Positions 36,098 to 47,483 of a DNA stretch of 64,000 nucleotides are shown one piece after another (positions within the stretch are counted from its first letter, which is position 1; each line of letters opens with the position of its first letter). Position numbers and translations under genes: made by a program. This DNA is from Chitinophagales bacterium (GTDB lineage: Bacteria > Bacteroidota > Bacteroidia > Chitinophagales > CAVYQA01): contig CAVYQA010000030.1 in NCBI GenBank assembly GCA_963770495.1, positions 201,701 to 265,700 of the forward strand. Reading direction: 5' to 3'. A model generated the notes under the pieces. The model was not told the DNA's origin. It searched no databases and worked only from the letters and a program-made list of their open reading frames with translations.

Positions 36098-37993
36098 TTA
36101 TTTCTCCGGCGGCAATGCCCCCAACCCCCTCTGTGCATTCGTATAATCAGGTTTTAGTTTAAGGCATTGTTGCCATGCAATGCGGGCGCTATCGTAGTTT
36201 AGGGTGACAAAATAATAGCCGCCTAAATTATACCAGGCATCAGGGCTTTTTTTATTGTAGTATATGGCGCGGTAAAGATCGCTTTTACTTGTTGTATAAT
36301 CTTTTTTTGAACCTGCTTTAAGCCCTGCATTCATGTAATTGCCGCTTAATACCGGGTCAAATTCTCTGACAAGTAAAGGGTAGTTAGGGTCAATTTTACG
36401 GGCGCGGTTCCAGCAATACGCCTCACTATCAAGGTCATTTAATCTTGAATAGGCAACACCCAAATTCAGCCAGGCGTCAATAAAGGCAGGCTGAATTTCC
36501 TCCGCCCGGTTCAAATGTGAAATGGCATCGCGCAGCCATATTATTTTTTTAACCGAATCTTTTTCGGCGCTGCTCATTGATATTTCCGTAGTGCCCAACC
36601 CGTTTTGCGCCCGCGCACTGTTAGGCACTTTTTTAATATCGGCGCTCCACAGGGAAATATTAGTTGACCACTCCGCATTTCGCCGTATGGTTTGAAAGCC
36701 ACTTAATAAAAAAACTACAACACAAACCGCACAAACAACCATAAATTTTTGGGATAAATCTTTAAATTTTATTTTTTGAATCATTTCATTACAAAAAACT
36801 ATTAGTGCAATGCAGAAACCAAAAGAGGATTGGTATAAAAACCGCTCTCCAAAATTTAAATCACCAATATTAACGAGGTTGGAATAAATGAAAATGCTGC
36901 AGAAATAGAATAAAATGCCGTAAGTTATAAGATTCTTTTCTTTTAATTTTAGCAAAGCATATAATACAAACGCTGCCTGTACTGCTATTGATAACCATAC
37001 CCGCCAGTCAGAGAAAGTTACGTAAGGTATTTGGTTATAGGAATAGTCGCAGTTCAGGGGATTAGGGTAGAAAAGCAGAAGCATATATTTTCCCAAAACC
37101 AGTAACTCAGTAGCTAAACGTTGTGCAGGTGTTGCTAAAAGATAAGGTTGATTCAGTACAATTACGTCGCTGGTGCTGGCAGGTACGAAGGGCACAAACG
37201 TTTTGAGCAAAAGCCAATAAATGCCGAAGACTATTACAAACGGAACGGTAGTGAGAACTATAGCACTCCATTTTTCTTTAGTGAAAAAGTAAAATGTGAA
37301 CGGCAGAATGGCAATGAATGTTACCCCGTTTTCTTTAGACATTAAGCCGAGAAAATAAAACACCACTGCAAAAAGTAACTGCCAATAAGTTCTTTTGGTT
37401 AAAAAATTTAAGCTGCAATGCATGGTGAGCAGCAGGAAGAGCCACGACAGCAGTTCATCGCGGCTTTTGATATTGGCAACGGCTTCCGTGTGCACCGGGT
37501 GAATGATAAAAAGTAGCGCCGTCATAAACGCAGCTATTGGTGATGATTTAAATATATATTTTCTCAAAAACAAGATCATTACAACACCCGTAAGCGCCAA
37601 CAGCAAAACGTTTATAAAATGGCTGATATGCGGGGCAGAGCCGAAAAATTCTTTCTCCATAGCAAACGTGATAAGCGAGAGCGGATGCCAGCGCCCGCCG
37701 CTGGCATTGCCCACATAGCCATACATGGTTTCCTTGGTGAGTAAATCATAAATACCGGCAAATCCCTGCTGAACAAAGCGGTTGTGGTCTATAAACATGC
37801 CATCGTCGAGTACGTAACCGTTGAAAATGGAATTACCATAAAAAACAAGCGTTGTGATAACAATCAGCAACAGTTGATTTCTCTTATAAGACAGGAATTG
37901 TATGGCTTGTTCCGCCCGTGAAAACGGTTTCAACGGCGGAAGGGGTTTTAGATTTTGTTTACCTGTTTTTTTCTGCTGTTGTTTTTTCGACAT
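36098..37993 (-). CDS. Polytopic membrane protein with C-terminal TPR repeats (PMT/TMTC-like architecture)
   Basis: About ten TM helices, then TPR-like ..AWLNLGVAY..A...W..A..IDP.. and AWYNLGGYY. The ATG at 37993 (MSKKQQQKK) is the likely start. Confidence 0.6.
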   Translation of the reverse strand: MSKKQQQKKTGKQNLKPLPPLKPFSRAEQAIQFLSYKRNQLLLIVITTLVFYGNSIFNGYVLDDGMFIDHNRFVQQGFAGIYDLLTKETMYGYVGNASGGRWHPLSLITFAMEKEFFGSAPHISHFINVLLLALTGVVMILFLRKYIFKSSPIAAFMTALLFIIHPVHTEAVANIKSRDELLSWLFLLLTMHCSLNFLTKRTYWQLLFAVVFYFLGLMSKENGVTFIAILPFTFYFFTKEKWSAIVLTTVPFVIVFGIYWLLLKTFVPFVPASTSDVIVLNQPYLLATPAQRLATELLVLGKYMLLLFYPNPLNCDYSYNQIPYVTFSDWRVWLSIAVQAAFVLYALLKLKEKNLITYGILFYFCSIFIYSNLVNIGDLNFGERFLYQSSFGFCIALIVFCNEMIQKIKFKDLSQKFMVVCAVCVVVFLLSGFQTIRRNAEWSTNISLWSADIKKVPNSARAQNGLGTTEISMSSAEKDSVKKIIWLRDAISHLNRAEEIQPAFIDAWLNLGVAYSRLNDLDSEAYCWNRARKIDPNYPLLVREFDPVLSGNYMNAGLKAGSKKDYTTSKSDLYRAIYYNKKSPDAWYNLGGYYFVTLNYDSARIAWQQCLKLKPDYTNAQRGLGALPPEK

Positions 37994-38201
37994 GATTATT
38001 CGTGTCAAAAATAATTTTTTTTAACGAATATACGGGCAACCCTTCCGGTTGCCCCCAAACGCCAGGGGTATCCCAAATAGGACAGGGGTGAACCCTGTCC
38101 CTACATTAGACAACCTGTTGATATATTAACAGAGGTAAGATTGTTATTACCAATTTAATAGCATACCTTTGTTGCTTAATCAATAAAATAAATTAATAAC
38201 A

Positions 38202-38393
38202 ATGAAAAAAGGAAAAGTAAAATTCTTTAATAACTCCAAAGGATTTGGATTTATTAACGACGAAGAAACAGGAAAGGACATTTTTGTTCATTCCACAGGA
38301 TTGAAAGATGACATTCGCGAAGGCGATTCAGTTACTTTCGATGTTGAAGAAGGTAAGAAAGGTTTAAATGCAGTTGACGTTAAGTTGGCGTAA
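38202..38393 (+). CDS. csp: Cold-shock protein (CspA family)
   Basis: 63 aa with GKVKFFNNSKGFGFI and the VFVHSTG RNP motifs. Confidence 0.9.
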   Translation: MKKGKVKFFNNSKGFGFINDEETGKDIFVHSTGLKDDIREGDSVTFDVEEGKKGLNAVDVKLA

Positions 38394-38413
38394 TTAATAT
38401 TTTTTTTCTTCAG

Positions 38414-38449
38414 AAATCCGTTTGCAGAGATGTATAACGGATTTTTTTT
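38414..38449. terminator. Bidirectional hairpin terminator between csp and rsmA
   Basis: AAATCCGTT (38414-38422) pairs with AACGGATTT (38436-38444), followed by a T-run. There is a T-rich tract (38391-38407, interrupted by an A) on the other side. Confidence 0.7.
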
Positions 38450-38457
38450 GCCCGAAA

Positions 38458-39231
38458 TTAATCCCTCACTGTAAGATTATTACTCATCTCAATAAAATCT
38501 TCAACCCTTAATTGCTCTGCCCGCTTAGATTTGAATTGTTCGGGTAATGCCGTTTCAATGCCATGAAAACCTTTTAACGCATTACTTAACACCTTACGCC
38601 GCTGAGAGAATGCTTTTTTCACTAATAGACGAAAGTTAGTTTCATCGGCAATGTGCAGTTGTGGCTGTTTTCTTGTAAAACGTATTACGGCAGAGGTTAC
38701 TTTTGGCGGCGGCGAGAAACTGCCTGGTTCTACATCGAACAAATACTCTGTGTTATAAAATGCCTGTGTAATAACACTGGTTATGCCATAATCTTTATTG
38801 CCATGTGAAGCGCAAATACGTTTTGCCACCTCTTTCTGGAACATACCTACTACCACGCTCACTTTCTCCTTATTATCAAGAATCTTAAAAACAATTTCTG
38901 TCGATATATTGTATGGAAAGTTGCCGATTACGGCAATAGGAGTTTGCATGGGTTTATTCCAATCGAACTCTAAAAAATCCTTATGAATTATCCTATCACC
39001 TAAGGGCGCAAAAGCTTTTCGTAAATGTTCAACCATTCTGACGTCAAATTCTACTATAGTAAGATTATCTTTAAATGATTTATATAAATATTGGGTAAGC
39101 ATTCCTTTGCCGGGTCCTACCTCTATAAGCGTGGAAAAATTAAAACCATCAAGTTGGTGCACTATTTTTTCGGCAACAGTTGCATTGGTTAAAAAATGTT
39201 GCCCGAGGGATTTTTTAGGAGAAAGATTCAT
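38458..39231 (-). CDS. rsmA: 16S rRNA (adenine1518/1519-N6)-dimethyltransferase
   Basis: KKSLGQHFL and IEVGPGKGMLT (SAM-binding), with IGNFPYNIST. Confidence 0.9.
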   Translation of the reverse strand: MNLSPKKSLGQHFLTNATVAEKIVHQLDGFNFSTLIEVGPGKGMLTQYLYKSFKDNLTIVEFDVRMVEHLRKAFAPLGDRIIHKDFLEFDWNKPMQTPIAVIGNFPYNISTEIVFKILDNKEKVSVVVGMFQKEVAKRICASHGNKDYGITSVITQAFYNTEYLFDVEPGSFSPPPKVTSAVIRFTRKQPQLHIADETNFRLLVKKAFSQRRKVLSNALKGFHGIETALPEQFKSKRAEQLRVEDFIEMSNNLTVRD

Positions 39232-39294
39232 TTCTAAGGGTAAGATAAATTAAGTAATTTCGCATTTCTTTTATAAATACTACGTAAACCTACT

Positions 39295-40745
39295 ATGATA
39301 ACCATGCAATTATCGCGTAAAGTTATTAGTTCAGATTGTCAAATTTTTCTAATAGAGAAAAATACCAACCTTGCTAAAAACAATTTTACAGAACAAGAGA
39401 CGGCTTACATTAAAAATAAGCTTGAAAAAGGAATTGAAATTATCCCCGTATCGGTTTCAGGCGTTGAAAAAATAGCTGTTGTTCTTGAAAGGAAAGCGAG
39501 CCATTCAGACACCAATGAAGCAATACGGCAAAAAGGAGACAAGGTGGTTTCTTACATAAATGATTATAAATATCCTTCTGTTGCTGTTATAAATGCAACC
39601 GGTATAAAAGAAGCCGGGCTGCATTTTGCAGAAGGCGTTGCGCTTGGCTCCTATCAATTCATAAAATATAAAAAAGATAAAGACAAGGAACAATCTAAGC
39701 TTAATGTGCTTACGGTTTTTGATACTACGATTAATAAACAGGCTATTGAAGAATTGAACACAATAGTTCAGAGTGTTTACAAGGTGCGTGATTTAGTGAA
39801 TGAACCCGTTAATGAGTTGAATGCTCCCAAACTGGCTAAAGAATTTGAGAAAATGGGGAAAGAAGCAGGTTTCACCACTGAAATATTCGACCGCAAAAAA
39901 ATTGAATCGTTAAAAATGGGCGGATTGTTAGCCGTGAACCAGGGAAGTGTTGACCCACCGCGTTTTACCATAATGGAATGGAAACCCAGGAATGCAAGAA
40001 ATAAAAAGCCTGTTGTTTTAGTTGGCAAAGGAGTTGTATATGATACAGGAGGATTGAGTCTTAAGCCCACTTATCAATCTATGGATTATATGAAAAGCGA
40101 TATGGCAGGCTCAGCAACGGTTGCAGGCATTATGTACTGCGCCGCAAAAACAAAATTGCCTTTGCATTTGGTGGCTTTGGCGCCAAGCACGGATAATCGC
40201 CGGGCGGAAATGCTTTTGCACCGGGCGATATAATTACCATGTATAACGGCGCTACCGTTGAGATGCTTAATGCTGATGCCGAAGGAAGAATGATTCTTGC
40301 CGATGCACTTAGCTATGCGCAAAAATATGACCCCGAACTGGTGATTGATATGGCTACACTTACCGGTGCGGCACATGCTGCCGTTGGCAAAGAAGCTATT
40401 GTATATATGAGCACTGCCGGCATAAGAGTGAATGAAGACCTTGAAGAATCGGGTGAGGAAGAACATGAACGATTGGTCCGTTTTCCACTTTGGAGTGAAT
40501 ATGGAGATTATTTAAAATCGGATATTGCCGATATGAAAAATGTGGGCGGAAAAACAGCCGGTGCTATTACTGCAGGAAAATTCCTGGAAAAATTTACGTC
40601 CTACCCATGGGTGCATTTGGATATTGCAGGTGTGGCTTTTATGCATGGAGCCGATAGTTACAGGGGCAAAAACGCCACCGGATTTGGATTACGGCTTATT
40701 TATAATTTTCTTTTAAAACAAGCAAAAAATGTCCGCAAGAGATAG
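39295..40745 (+). pseudogene. pepA: Leucyl aminopeptidase (M17) interrupted by a 1-nt frameshift
   Basis: VLVGKGVVYDTGGLSLKP..MKSDMAGSA lies in frame 1. ..PGGNAFAPGDIITMYNGATVEMLNADAEGRMILADAL lies in the next frame. The join requires one extra C in cgCCggg at 40198-40203. Confidence 0.8.
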
Positions 40746-41793
40746 ACTGCCTATGATTGGCATTTCAGTTGGCGATTTAAACGGAATCGGCACTGAGGTT
40801 ATTATAAAAGCATTTGCCGAACCGGCATTTATGGAATTGTGTATCCCGGTAATATTTGGTTCATCCAAGGCATTATCGTTTTACCGCAAGGCGCTTAACC
40901 TTTCTAATTTTAATTTTAACAGTGTAAAATCATTAGACAAAGCATTTCCTAAGGCAGTTAATGTAATAAATGTTTGGGAAGAAGAGGTGCCTATTATTCC
41001 CGGCGAGGCAACACAAACATCAGGCAAGTATGCCGTAAAATCATTTACCGCAGCAATGGATGCATTAATAAAGAATGAAATAGATGCGTTGGTAACGGCT
41101 CCCCTGAGTAAAAGCAATGTAAAATCCGATAGTTATCCTTTTACAGGGCATACCGATTATATCAGTTCGCGCTTTCCTAACCAGCAGAGCTTAATGATGA
41201 TGGTCGGGGAGCAGCTTAAAGTAGCTTTAGTAACCGTACATATCCCTATTAAAGAAGTGGCTGCAAAAATTAATTCCGAACTTATTCAGAGACAGTTGGA
41301 GGTATTACACCACGCCTTAATAAGGGATTTCGGAATATCGAAACCCACCATAGCAGTTCTTGGCTTAAATCCCCATGCCGGCGATAATAATCTTATTGGC
41401 AAAGAAGAAGAAGAGATAATAAAACCTGCCCTGAAAGCAACGAAAGCAAAAAATATTCTTGTTTTTGGTCCTTATCCTGCCGATGGCTTTTTCGCCAATG
41501 GCAATTATAAAAAGTTTGATGCCATACTGGCTATGTATCACGACCAGGGACTGATTCCCTTTAAATATATGTCATTCGATTCCGGAGTAAATTTTACGGC
41601 AGGATTACCTGTTATTCGCACCTCGCCCGACCATGGCACTGCTTTCGATATTGCGGGAAAGAATGTGGCTAATGAATCGTCATTCAGAAGCGCTGTATTT
41701 ACTGCCATAGATATCATCAATTTCCGCAGAGATTATGATGAAATGACCAAAAATCCCCTAAAAAAATCGATTTTGACGGAGGAATCAAACTAA
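40729..41793 (+). CDS. pdxA: 4-hydroxythreonine-4-phosphate dehydrogenase
   Basis: IGISVGDLNGIGTEV, GLNPHAGD and TSPDHGTAFDIAGK motifs. Confidence 0.85.
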   Translation: MSARDRLPMIGISVGDLNGIGTEVIIKAFAEPAFMELCIPVIFGSSKALSFYRKALNLSNFNFNSVKSLDKAFPKAVNVINVWEEEVPIIPGEATQTSGKYAVKSFTAAMDALIKNEIDALVTAPLSKSNVKSDSYPFTGHTDYISSRFPNQQSLMMMVGEQLKVALVTVHIPIKEVAAKINSELIQRQLEVLHHALIRDFGISKPTIAVLGLNPHAGDNNLIGKEEEEIIKPALKATKAKNILVFGPYPADGFFANGNYKKFDAILAMYHDQGLIPFKYMSFDSGVNFTAGLPVIRTSPDHGTAFDIAGKNVANESSFRSAVFTAIDIINFRRDYDEMTKNPLKKSILTEESN

Positions 41794-41851
41794 AATAGCC
41801 TTTTAGAAATATCACTAAATTTCTTATCTTTGGCGCCAGATTATCAAAAGT

Positions 41852-42391
41852 TTGATTGTTGTGAATCCGTTGCGTGCATTTGATATCCCGTTCGTGGGGA
41901 TGAAAAGTGGTGTTCATCATTTCAATTATGAAATTGATAACAGTTTTTTTCAGAATTTTAAAGAGTCGCTTGTTACGAAGTGCAAGGCGAAGGTGGCTTT
42001 AAGTTTTGACAAAGAGGAATCGTTCTTTTTACTTGATTTTCAAATAGATGGAACTGTTAATGTGCTATGTGATCGGTGCGGAGAACCATTGGATCTTGCT
42101 ATTGAAAATGAACAGAGGTTGATTGTAAAGCTTGGAGAAGTGATGGATGGAAAAGAGGCAGATGATGATGTGATTTTTATTTCGCGAAATGAAACGCTTT
42201 TAAATGTGGCACAATTTATTTATGAATTCATAAATTTAAGCGTGCCATTGCATAAGGTGCATCCTGATAAAAACGGAAAAAGCACCTGTAATAAGGAAGT
42301 GATAAAAAAGCTGGATGAACTGTCGCCGGAACATCGTGAAGCCGAGTTGAATACAACATGGAGCCAATTAAAACAAATTAAAATAAAATAA
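41852..42391 (+). CDS. DUF177 (YceD-like) protein
   Basis: It lies immediately upstream of rpmF and contains the CDRCGEP motif. The start codon is uncertain. Confidence 0.7.
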   Translation: MIVVNPLRAFDIPFVGMKSGVHHFNYEIDNSFFQNFKESLVTKCKAKVALSFDKEESFFLLDFQIDGTVNVLCDRCGEPLDLAIENEQRLIVKLGEVMDGKEADDDVIFISRNETLLNVAQFIYEFINLSVPLHKVHPDKNGKSTCNKEVIKKLDELSPEHREAELNTTWSQLKQIKIK

Positions 42392-42394
42392 GCT

Positions 42395-42580
42395 ATGCCA
42401 AATCCCAAAAGAAGACATTCCGCCACCCGCAGAGATAAAAGACGTACTCACGATAAAGCTAAAGTTCCCACAGTTGTAAGCTGTCCTAACTGTGGTTCAC
42501 CGATACAATACCATCGTGTGTGCCCCGAGTGCGGACATTACAGGGGGAAGGCGGTAGTTAAGAAAGAAACAATCAGTTAA
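42395..42580 (+). CDS. rpmF: 50S ribosomal protein L32
   Basis: MPNPKRRHSATRRDKRRTH and CPNCG..CPECG zinc-ribbon motifs. Confidence 0.9.
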   Translation: MPNPKRRHSATRRDKRRTHDKAKVPTVVSCPNCGSPIQYHRVCPECGHYRGKAVVKKETIS

Positions 42581-42628
42581 CATAGTAATTTATTCTCATT
42601 TAGTAGCTTTAACGCCACTAATTAAACG

Positions 42629-43591
42629 ATGATGAGGATTGGAATTGACGCTATGGGAGGTGATTACGCACCTCTCGAATGCTTAAGAGGGGCACTACTC
42701 TGCAAAAAGGAATTCGGCAGAGAGGTACACCTTGTTTTGATTGGCGATAGACCAAAACTGCTTGCGATATTAAAGCAGGAAGGCGCCAAAGAAGATTCTT
42801 TTGAAATAATTCATACTACCGAAGTCATAGAAATGGGGGAATCCCCTACCCGATCAGTCGTTCAAAAAACCGATTCAAGCATTGTTGTGGGATTCAATTT
42901 ATTAAAAGAAAAGAAGATTGATGCCTTTGCCAGCGCCGGTAATACCGGGGCAATGCTGGTGGGGGCAATGTATTCGGTAAAAACAATACCCGGAGTTATT
43001 CGCCCCACTATTTCAACCATTGTTCCAAGAGAAAACGGCAAGCTGGGAATACTATTGGATGTTGGCGCAAATGCCGATTGCAAACCCGAATTTTTAGTGC
43101 AATTTGCAATTCTCGGTTCATTATATTCAAAATATATATTTAACGTAGATAATCCTAAGGTAGGCTTGTTAAGTATTGGCGAAGAAGAGGGTAAAGGCAA
43201 TATTCTTACACAAGCTGCCTTTGACCTGTTGAAGGAAAGCGACAAGATAAATTTTATCGGCAATGTGGAAGGACGCGATATTTTTGCCGATACCGCCGAC
43301 GTAATTGTATGCGATGGGTTTACCGGCAATATCGTTCTGAAATTCGGCGAATCGTTTTACGACCTTATCAAAAAAAGAAAAATAACCGATCATTATTTTG
43401 ATTCATTTAATTATGAAAATTACGGCGGCACTCCAATTTTAGGCGCCAATGCGCCGGTAGTAATTGCACATGGCATTTCCAATGCTTTGGCATTCCACAA
43501 TATGATTACCTTAGCGAAAAACCTGGTTGAAGCCAACCTGGTTTCTATTTTTGAAAATGCATTTGTTTCACTAACTGAAAAGGATGTCTAA
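42629..43591 (+). CDS. plsX: Phosphate acyltransferase PlsX
   Basis: MRIGIDAMGGDYAP, ASAGNTGA and DGFTGNIVLK motifs. Confidence 0.9.
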   Translation: MMRIGIDAMGGDYAPLECLRGALLCKKEFGREVHLVLIGDRPKLLAILKQEGAKEDSFEIIHTTEVIEMGESPTRSVVQKTDSSIVVGFNLLKEKKIDAFASAGNTGAMLVGAMYSVKTIPGVIRPTISTIVPRENGKLGILLDVGANADCKPEFLVQFAILGSLYSKYIFNVDNPKVGLLSIGEEEGKGNILTQAAFDLLKESDKINFIGNVEGRDIFADTADVIVCDGFTGNIVLKFGESFYDLIKKRKITDHYFDSFNYENYGGTPILGANAPVVIAHGISNALAFHNMITLAKNLVEANLVSIFENAFVSLTEKDV

Positions 43592-44576
43592 GATACATGC
43601 CGCCATTACAGCTGTGTTGGGATATACCCCTGACTATATTCTCACCAACAAAGAGTTGGAAAACATGGTGGAAACCACGGATGAATGGATTGTATCGCGC
43701 ACCGGTATAAAAGAACGCCATATCCAAAAGGGCGTAGGTGTTGGCACTTCCGATATGGCAGTGGAAGCCGTAAACCTTTTATTAAAGAAAAGAGGCATTA
43801 CTCCGGATGAAGTTGATTTTCTTATTTGCGCTACGGTTACCCCTGACATGATATTTCCTGCAACGGCTAATATTATTTGCGATAAAGCCGGAATAAAAAA
43901 TGCCTTCAGCTATGATATAAATGCCGCTTGCTGCGGCTTTCTATATTCATTGTATACTGCCGCAAAAATAGTTGAGAGTGGCGCTGTAAAGAAAGCCATA
44001 GTAGTCGGGGCGGATAAAATGTCTTCTATCGTTGATTATACCGACAGAACTACTTGTGTATTATTTGGAGACGCGGCGGGTGCTGTTCTTTTGGAACCGG
44101 ATACCAATGGCTACGGAATTATTGATGCTATATTGCAATCGGATGGTGCGGGCAGAATACATTTGCACCAGAAGGCAGGGGGCTCATTAAAACCCGCTTC
44201 GCATGACACCGTTGATGCCCGTGAACATTATGTTTACCAGGAAGGGCAGCCGGTTTTTAAATTTGCCATTGTCAGAATGGCTGATGCGGCGGAGGAAATA
44301 ATGAAACGAAATAATCTTAAAGGAGAGGATGTTGCTTATCTCATTCCTCACCAGGCAAACAAACGTATTATTGATGCCACAGCGAAACGGATGGGAATAT
44401 CAGAAGACAAAGTGACGATAAATATTCAGAAATACGGCAACACCACGAACGGAACCATTCCCTTGTGCCTATGGGAATGGGAAAATAAAATGCATAAAGG
44501 CGATAACATTATATTGGCGGCTTTTGGCGGTGGTTTTACGTGGGGCGCTATATATGTTAAATGGGCAATAGGATGA
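43584..44576 (+). CDS. fabH: 3-oxoacyl-ACP synthase III
   Basis: TSDEWI..RTGI, the active-site context NAACCGF, HQAN and GGGFTWGA. Confidence 0.9.
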   Translation: MSKIHAAITAVLGYTPDYILTNKELENMVETTDEWIVSRTGIKERHIQKGVGVGTSDMAVEAVNLLLKKRGITPDEVDFLICATVTPDMIFPATANIICDKAGIKNAFSYDINAACCGFLYSLYTAAKIVESGAVKKAIVVGADKMSSIVDYTDRTTCVLFGDAAGAVLLEPDTNGYGIIDAILQSDGAGRIHLHQKAGGSLKPASHDTVDAREHYVYQEGQPVFKFAIVRMADAAEEIMKRNNLKGEDVAYLIPHQANKRIIDATAKRMGISEDKVTINIQKYGNTTNGTIPLCLWEWENKMHKGDNIILAAFGGGFTWGAIYVKWAIG

Positions 44577-44610
44577 TTTTTATTTAAATAATACATATTT
44601 TTATCATACC

Positions 44611-45174
44611 ATGGCAACTACAACGGACATTAAGAAAGGGGTAACAATAGATTACAATAACGACCTTTACACAATTATTGATTTTCAGCATGTGAAACCC
44701 GGCAAAGGCGGCGCTTTTATTCGCACTAAATTAAAAAGCATTACCACCGGGAAAATAATTGAGCAAACGTTTAATTCGGGCGCTACAATTAACACGGTGC
44801 GTGTTGAACGTCGCCCCTACCAGTTTTTATATAAAGATGCCAGTGGCTATTCTTTTATGGACCAGAATACGTTTGAACAGGTAACGATTAATGAGGACAT
44901 AATAGATGCTCCTGAACTTTTAAAGGAAGGGCAGAAAGTTGAAATTCAGTTTCACACAGACACCGAACGTCCGCTGAGTTGCGAATTGCCCGATTTTGTG
45001 AACCTGCTTGTTACTTATTCCGAGCCGGGTGTGAAAGGCGATACGGCTAATTCGCCGTCGAAGCCCGCTACGCTGGAAACCGGGGCAATAATTAAAGTAC
45101 CTTTATTTGTAAATGAAGGAGAATTGATTAAGGTGGATACGAGAAATAAATCTTATGTTGAACGTGTAAAATAA
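44611..45174 (+). CDS. efp: Elongation factor P
   Basis: [16 protein letters not shown] and a three-domain length of 187 aa. Confidence 0.9.
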   Translation: MATTTDIKKGVTIDYNNDLYTIIDFQHVKPGKGGAFIRTKLKSITTGKIIEQTFNSGATINTVRVERRPYQFLYKDASGYSFMDQNTFEQVTINEDIIDAPELLKEGQKVEIQFHTDTERPLSCELPDFVNLLVTYSEPGVKGDTANSPSKPATLETGAIIKVPLFVNEGELIKVDTRNKSYVERVK

Positions 45175-45181
45175 TTTTACT

Positions 45182-45667
45182 ATGACATTAAAAGAAATTA
45201 AGGAGCTGATACGAATTGTGCAAAACGCCAAACTCAGCGAGTTAAACATAGAAAAAGATAAATTCAAAATTCAAATTAAAACCGGGGTACAGGGCGGTGT
45301 GCCTGCGCAGATAATTGCAACAACTCCGGCAGTAGCTGCTCCCGTTGTTTCAGCACCAGCTCCTGCAGCGGCTTCTGCAACACTTGCAAGCAAAGCTGAG
45401 CAAGCAGCAAAAGAGGAGTCTAAATTCATTACTATCAAATCACCTATGATAGGCACATTCTACAGGTCGTCATCGCCTGATAAAGACCCGTTCGTAAATG
45501 TTGGCGATACCGTAAAAGCGGGCGACGTATTATGTATTATCGAAGCCATGAAACTATTCAACGAAATTGAATCGGAGGTAAGCGGAAAGGTGGTTAAAAT
45601 TTTAGTTGACAACGCTACGCCTGTTGAATATGACCAGCCTTTGTTTTTAGTAGATCCCAAGGGATAA
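45182..45667 (+). CDS. accB: Acetyl-CoA carboxylase biotin carboxyl carrier protein
   Basis: Ala/Pro-rich linker and the biotinylation motif [13 protein letters not shown]. Confidence 0.9.
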   Translation: MTLKEIKELIRIVQNAKLSELNIEKDKFKIQIKTGVQGGVPAQIIATTPAVAAPVVSAPAPAAASATLASKAEQAAKEESKFITIKSPMIGTFYRSSSPDKDPFVNVGDTVKAGDVLCIIEAMKLFNEIESEVSGKVVKILVDNATPVEYDQPLFLVDPKG

Positions 45668-45685
45668 ACTTCTTTCTAAAAAATT

Positions 45686-47023
45686 ATGTTAAAAAAAATA
45701 CTGATTGCTAACCGGGGAGAAATTTCTTTGCGCGTAATTCGTACGTGCAGGGAAATGGGTATTAAAACCGTAGCCGTCTATTCAACTGCCGATAAAGACA
45801 GCTTGCATGTGCGCTTTGCCGATGAAGCTGTTTGCATTGGACCACCCAAATCATCAGAATCTTATTTAAGCATTCCTAAAATTATGGCGGCAGTTGAAAT
45901 CACCAGCGCCGATGCTATTCATCCCGGGTATGGTTTTTTAGCCGAGAATGAAAAATTTGCGGAAATATGTACACAGTATGGGGTTAAATTTATTGGTCCC
46001 ACAGGAGAGCAAATAAGAAAGATGGGCGATAAGATTACAGCTAAGGATACCATGAAGGCGGCAGGTGTGCCTGTAATACCCGGCTCTGATGGATTGATAG
46101 AGAGTATTGAGAGCGGTAAAAAAATTGCTAAAAAGATCGGTTATCCTGTTATTCTTAAAGCAACTGCAGGCGGCGGGGGCAAAGGAATGCGCGAAGTGTG
46201 GAGCGAAAAAGAGTTTGAAAACGCCTGGATGACAGCCCGCATGGAAGCCAAAGCTTCATTCGGCAATGACGGTATTTATATTGAAAAATATATTGAGGAG
46301 CCGCATCATATTGAAATACAAATAGCCGGCGATAAATTCGGAAAGGTGTGTCACCTGTCTGAAAGGGATTGCTCTATCCAGCGCCGCCACCAGAAACTTA
46401 CAGAAGAATCGCCCTCGCCATTTATGACGGATGAGTTGAGAAAGAAAATGGGCGATGCAGCTATTAAAGCCGCCGAAACAATAAACTATGAAGGGGTAGG
46501 CACTATAGAGTTTTTGGTGGATAAATACCGTAACTTTTATTTTATGGAGATGAACACCCGCATACAGGTTGAGCATCCCGTTACTGAGGAAGTAATTAAT
46601 TTTGATTTGATAAAGGAACAGATAAAAATTGCAGCCGGCGAGCCTATCTCAGGAAAAAGTTACATTCCTACTATGCACGCCATTGAATGCCGTATTAATG
46701 CTGAAGACCCTTATAATGATTTTCGCCCCAACCCGGGCACAATTACTACCCTGCACACGCCTGGCGGTCATGGCGTGCGTATTGATTCACATATTTATGA
46801 TGGCTATATCATTCCTCCTTATTATGATTCAATGATAGCAAAAATTATTACCATGGCGCAAACCCGCAAAGAAGCAATTGCTACTATGGAGCGGGCTTTA
46901 TCCGAATATGTAATTGAAGGGGTGAAAACCACCATTCCGTTTCATCTCGCACTCATGCGCAATAAAGAATACAGGGAAGGTAATTTCACGACAGCATTCC
47001 TGCAAAACTTTAAGTTTACCTGA
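45686..47023 (+). CDS. accC: Acetyl-CoA carboxylase biotin carboxylase
   Basis: [22 protein letters not shown] and [14 protein letters not shown] motifs. Confidence 0.95.
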   Translation: MLKKILIANRGEISLRVIRTCREMGIKTVAVYSTADKDSLHVRFADEAVCIGPPKSSESYLSIPKIMAAVEITSADAIHPGYGFLAENEKFAEICTQYGVKFIGPTGEQIRKMGDKITAKDTMKAAGVPVIPGSDGLIESIESGKKIAKKIGYPVILKATAGGGGKGMREVWSEKEFENAWMTARMEAKASFGNDGIYIEKYIEEPHHIEIQIAGDKFGKVCHLSERDCSIQRRHQKLTEESPSPFMTDELRKKMGDAAIKAAETINYEGVGTIEFLVDKYRNFYFMEMNTRIQVEHPVTEEVINFDLIKEQIKIAAGEPISGKSYIPTMHAIECRINAEDPYNDFRPNPGTITTLHTPGGHGVRIDSHIYDGYIIPPYYDSMIAKIITMAQTRKEAIATMERALSEYVIEGVKTTIPFHLALMRNKEYREGNFTTAFLQNFKFT

Positions 47024-47110
47024 TGTTGTGCAAAACTTAACGGATACTTTACCTCCGGTTTTTGAATAAACTTCTATCTTGCAGCAGTTAATATTTAATC
47101 TAATACCGCT

Positions 47111-47473
47111 ATGTCTGAAAAGAAAGTATTAATTGTTGAGGACGATTTAGTGCAAAAACGGCTCAACAGCAAGTGGGTTGAACAACTTGGGCATAAAGTG
47201 GTTAATATTGTTACCAATGGTAAAGACGCCATTAACTCTGCACGAGTTCTTGAACCCGACCTGATATTAATGGATGTAAGGATAGAAGGGAATATTGACG
47301 GCATTGATGCCATGCACGAAATAGTGAAATTCAGCAAGGCTTCTGTAATTTATATTACCTCAAACAATGATGAATACATGACTGAAAGAATAAAAGGAAC
47401 ACACTGCCTTGCGGTTTTTAATAAGCCCATAACTGTGGATGACCTTAAGCTGCATTTGGGGCGGTTATCTTAA
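47111..47473 (+). CDS. Stand-alone response-regulator receiver domain
   Basis: VLIVEDD, the phospho-acceptor context DLILMDVRI, and the conserved K in FNKP. At 120 aa there is no output domain. Confidence 0.8.
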   Translation: MSEKKVLIVEDDLVQKRLNSKWVEQLGHKVVNIVTNGKDAINSARVLEPDLILMDVRIEGNIDGIDAMHEIVKFSKASVIYITSNNDEYMTERIKGTHCLAVFNKPITVDDLKLHLGRLS

Positions 47474-47483
47474 TTTTTTAAAT

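Noticed and set aside
41852-47023. The yceD-like/rpmF/plsX/fabH/efp/accB/accC cluster as a candidate novel system
   Set aside because: This is a well-known conserved lipid-synthesis and translation gene neighbourhood, and nothing unusual is seen in it.
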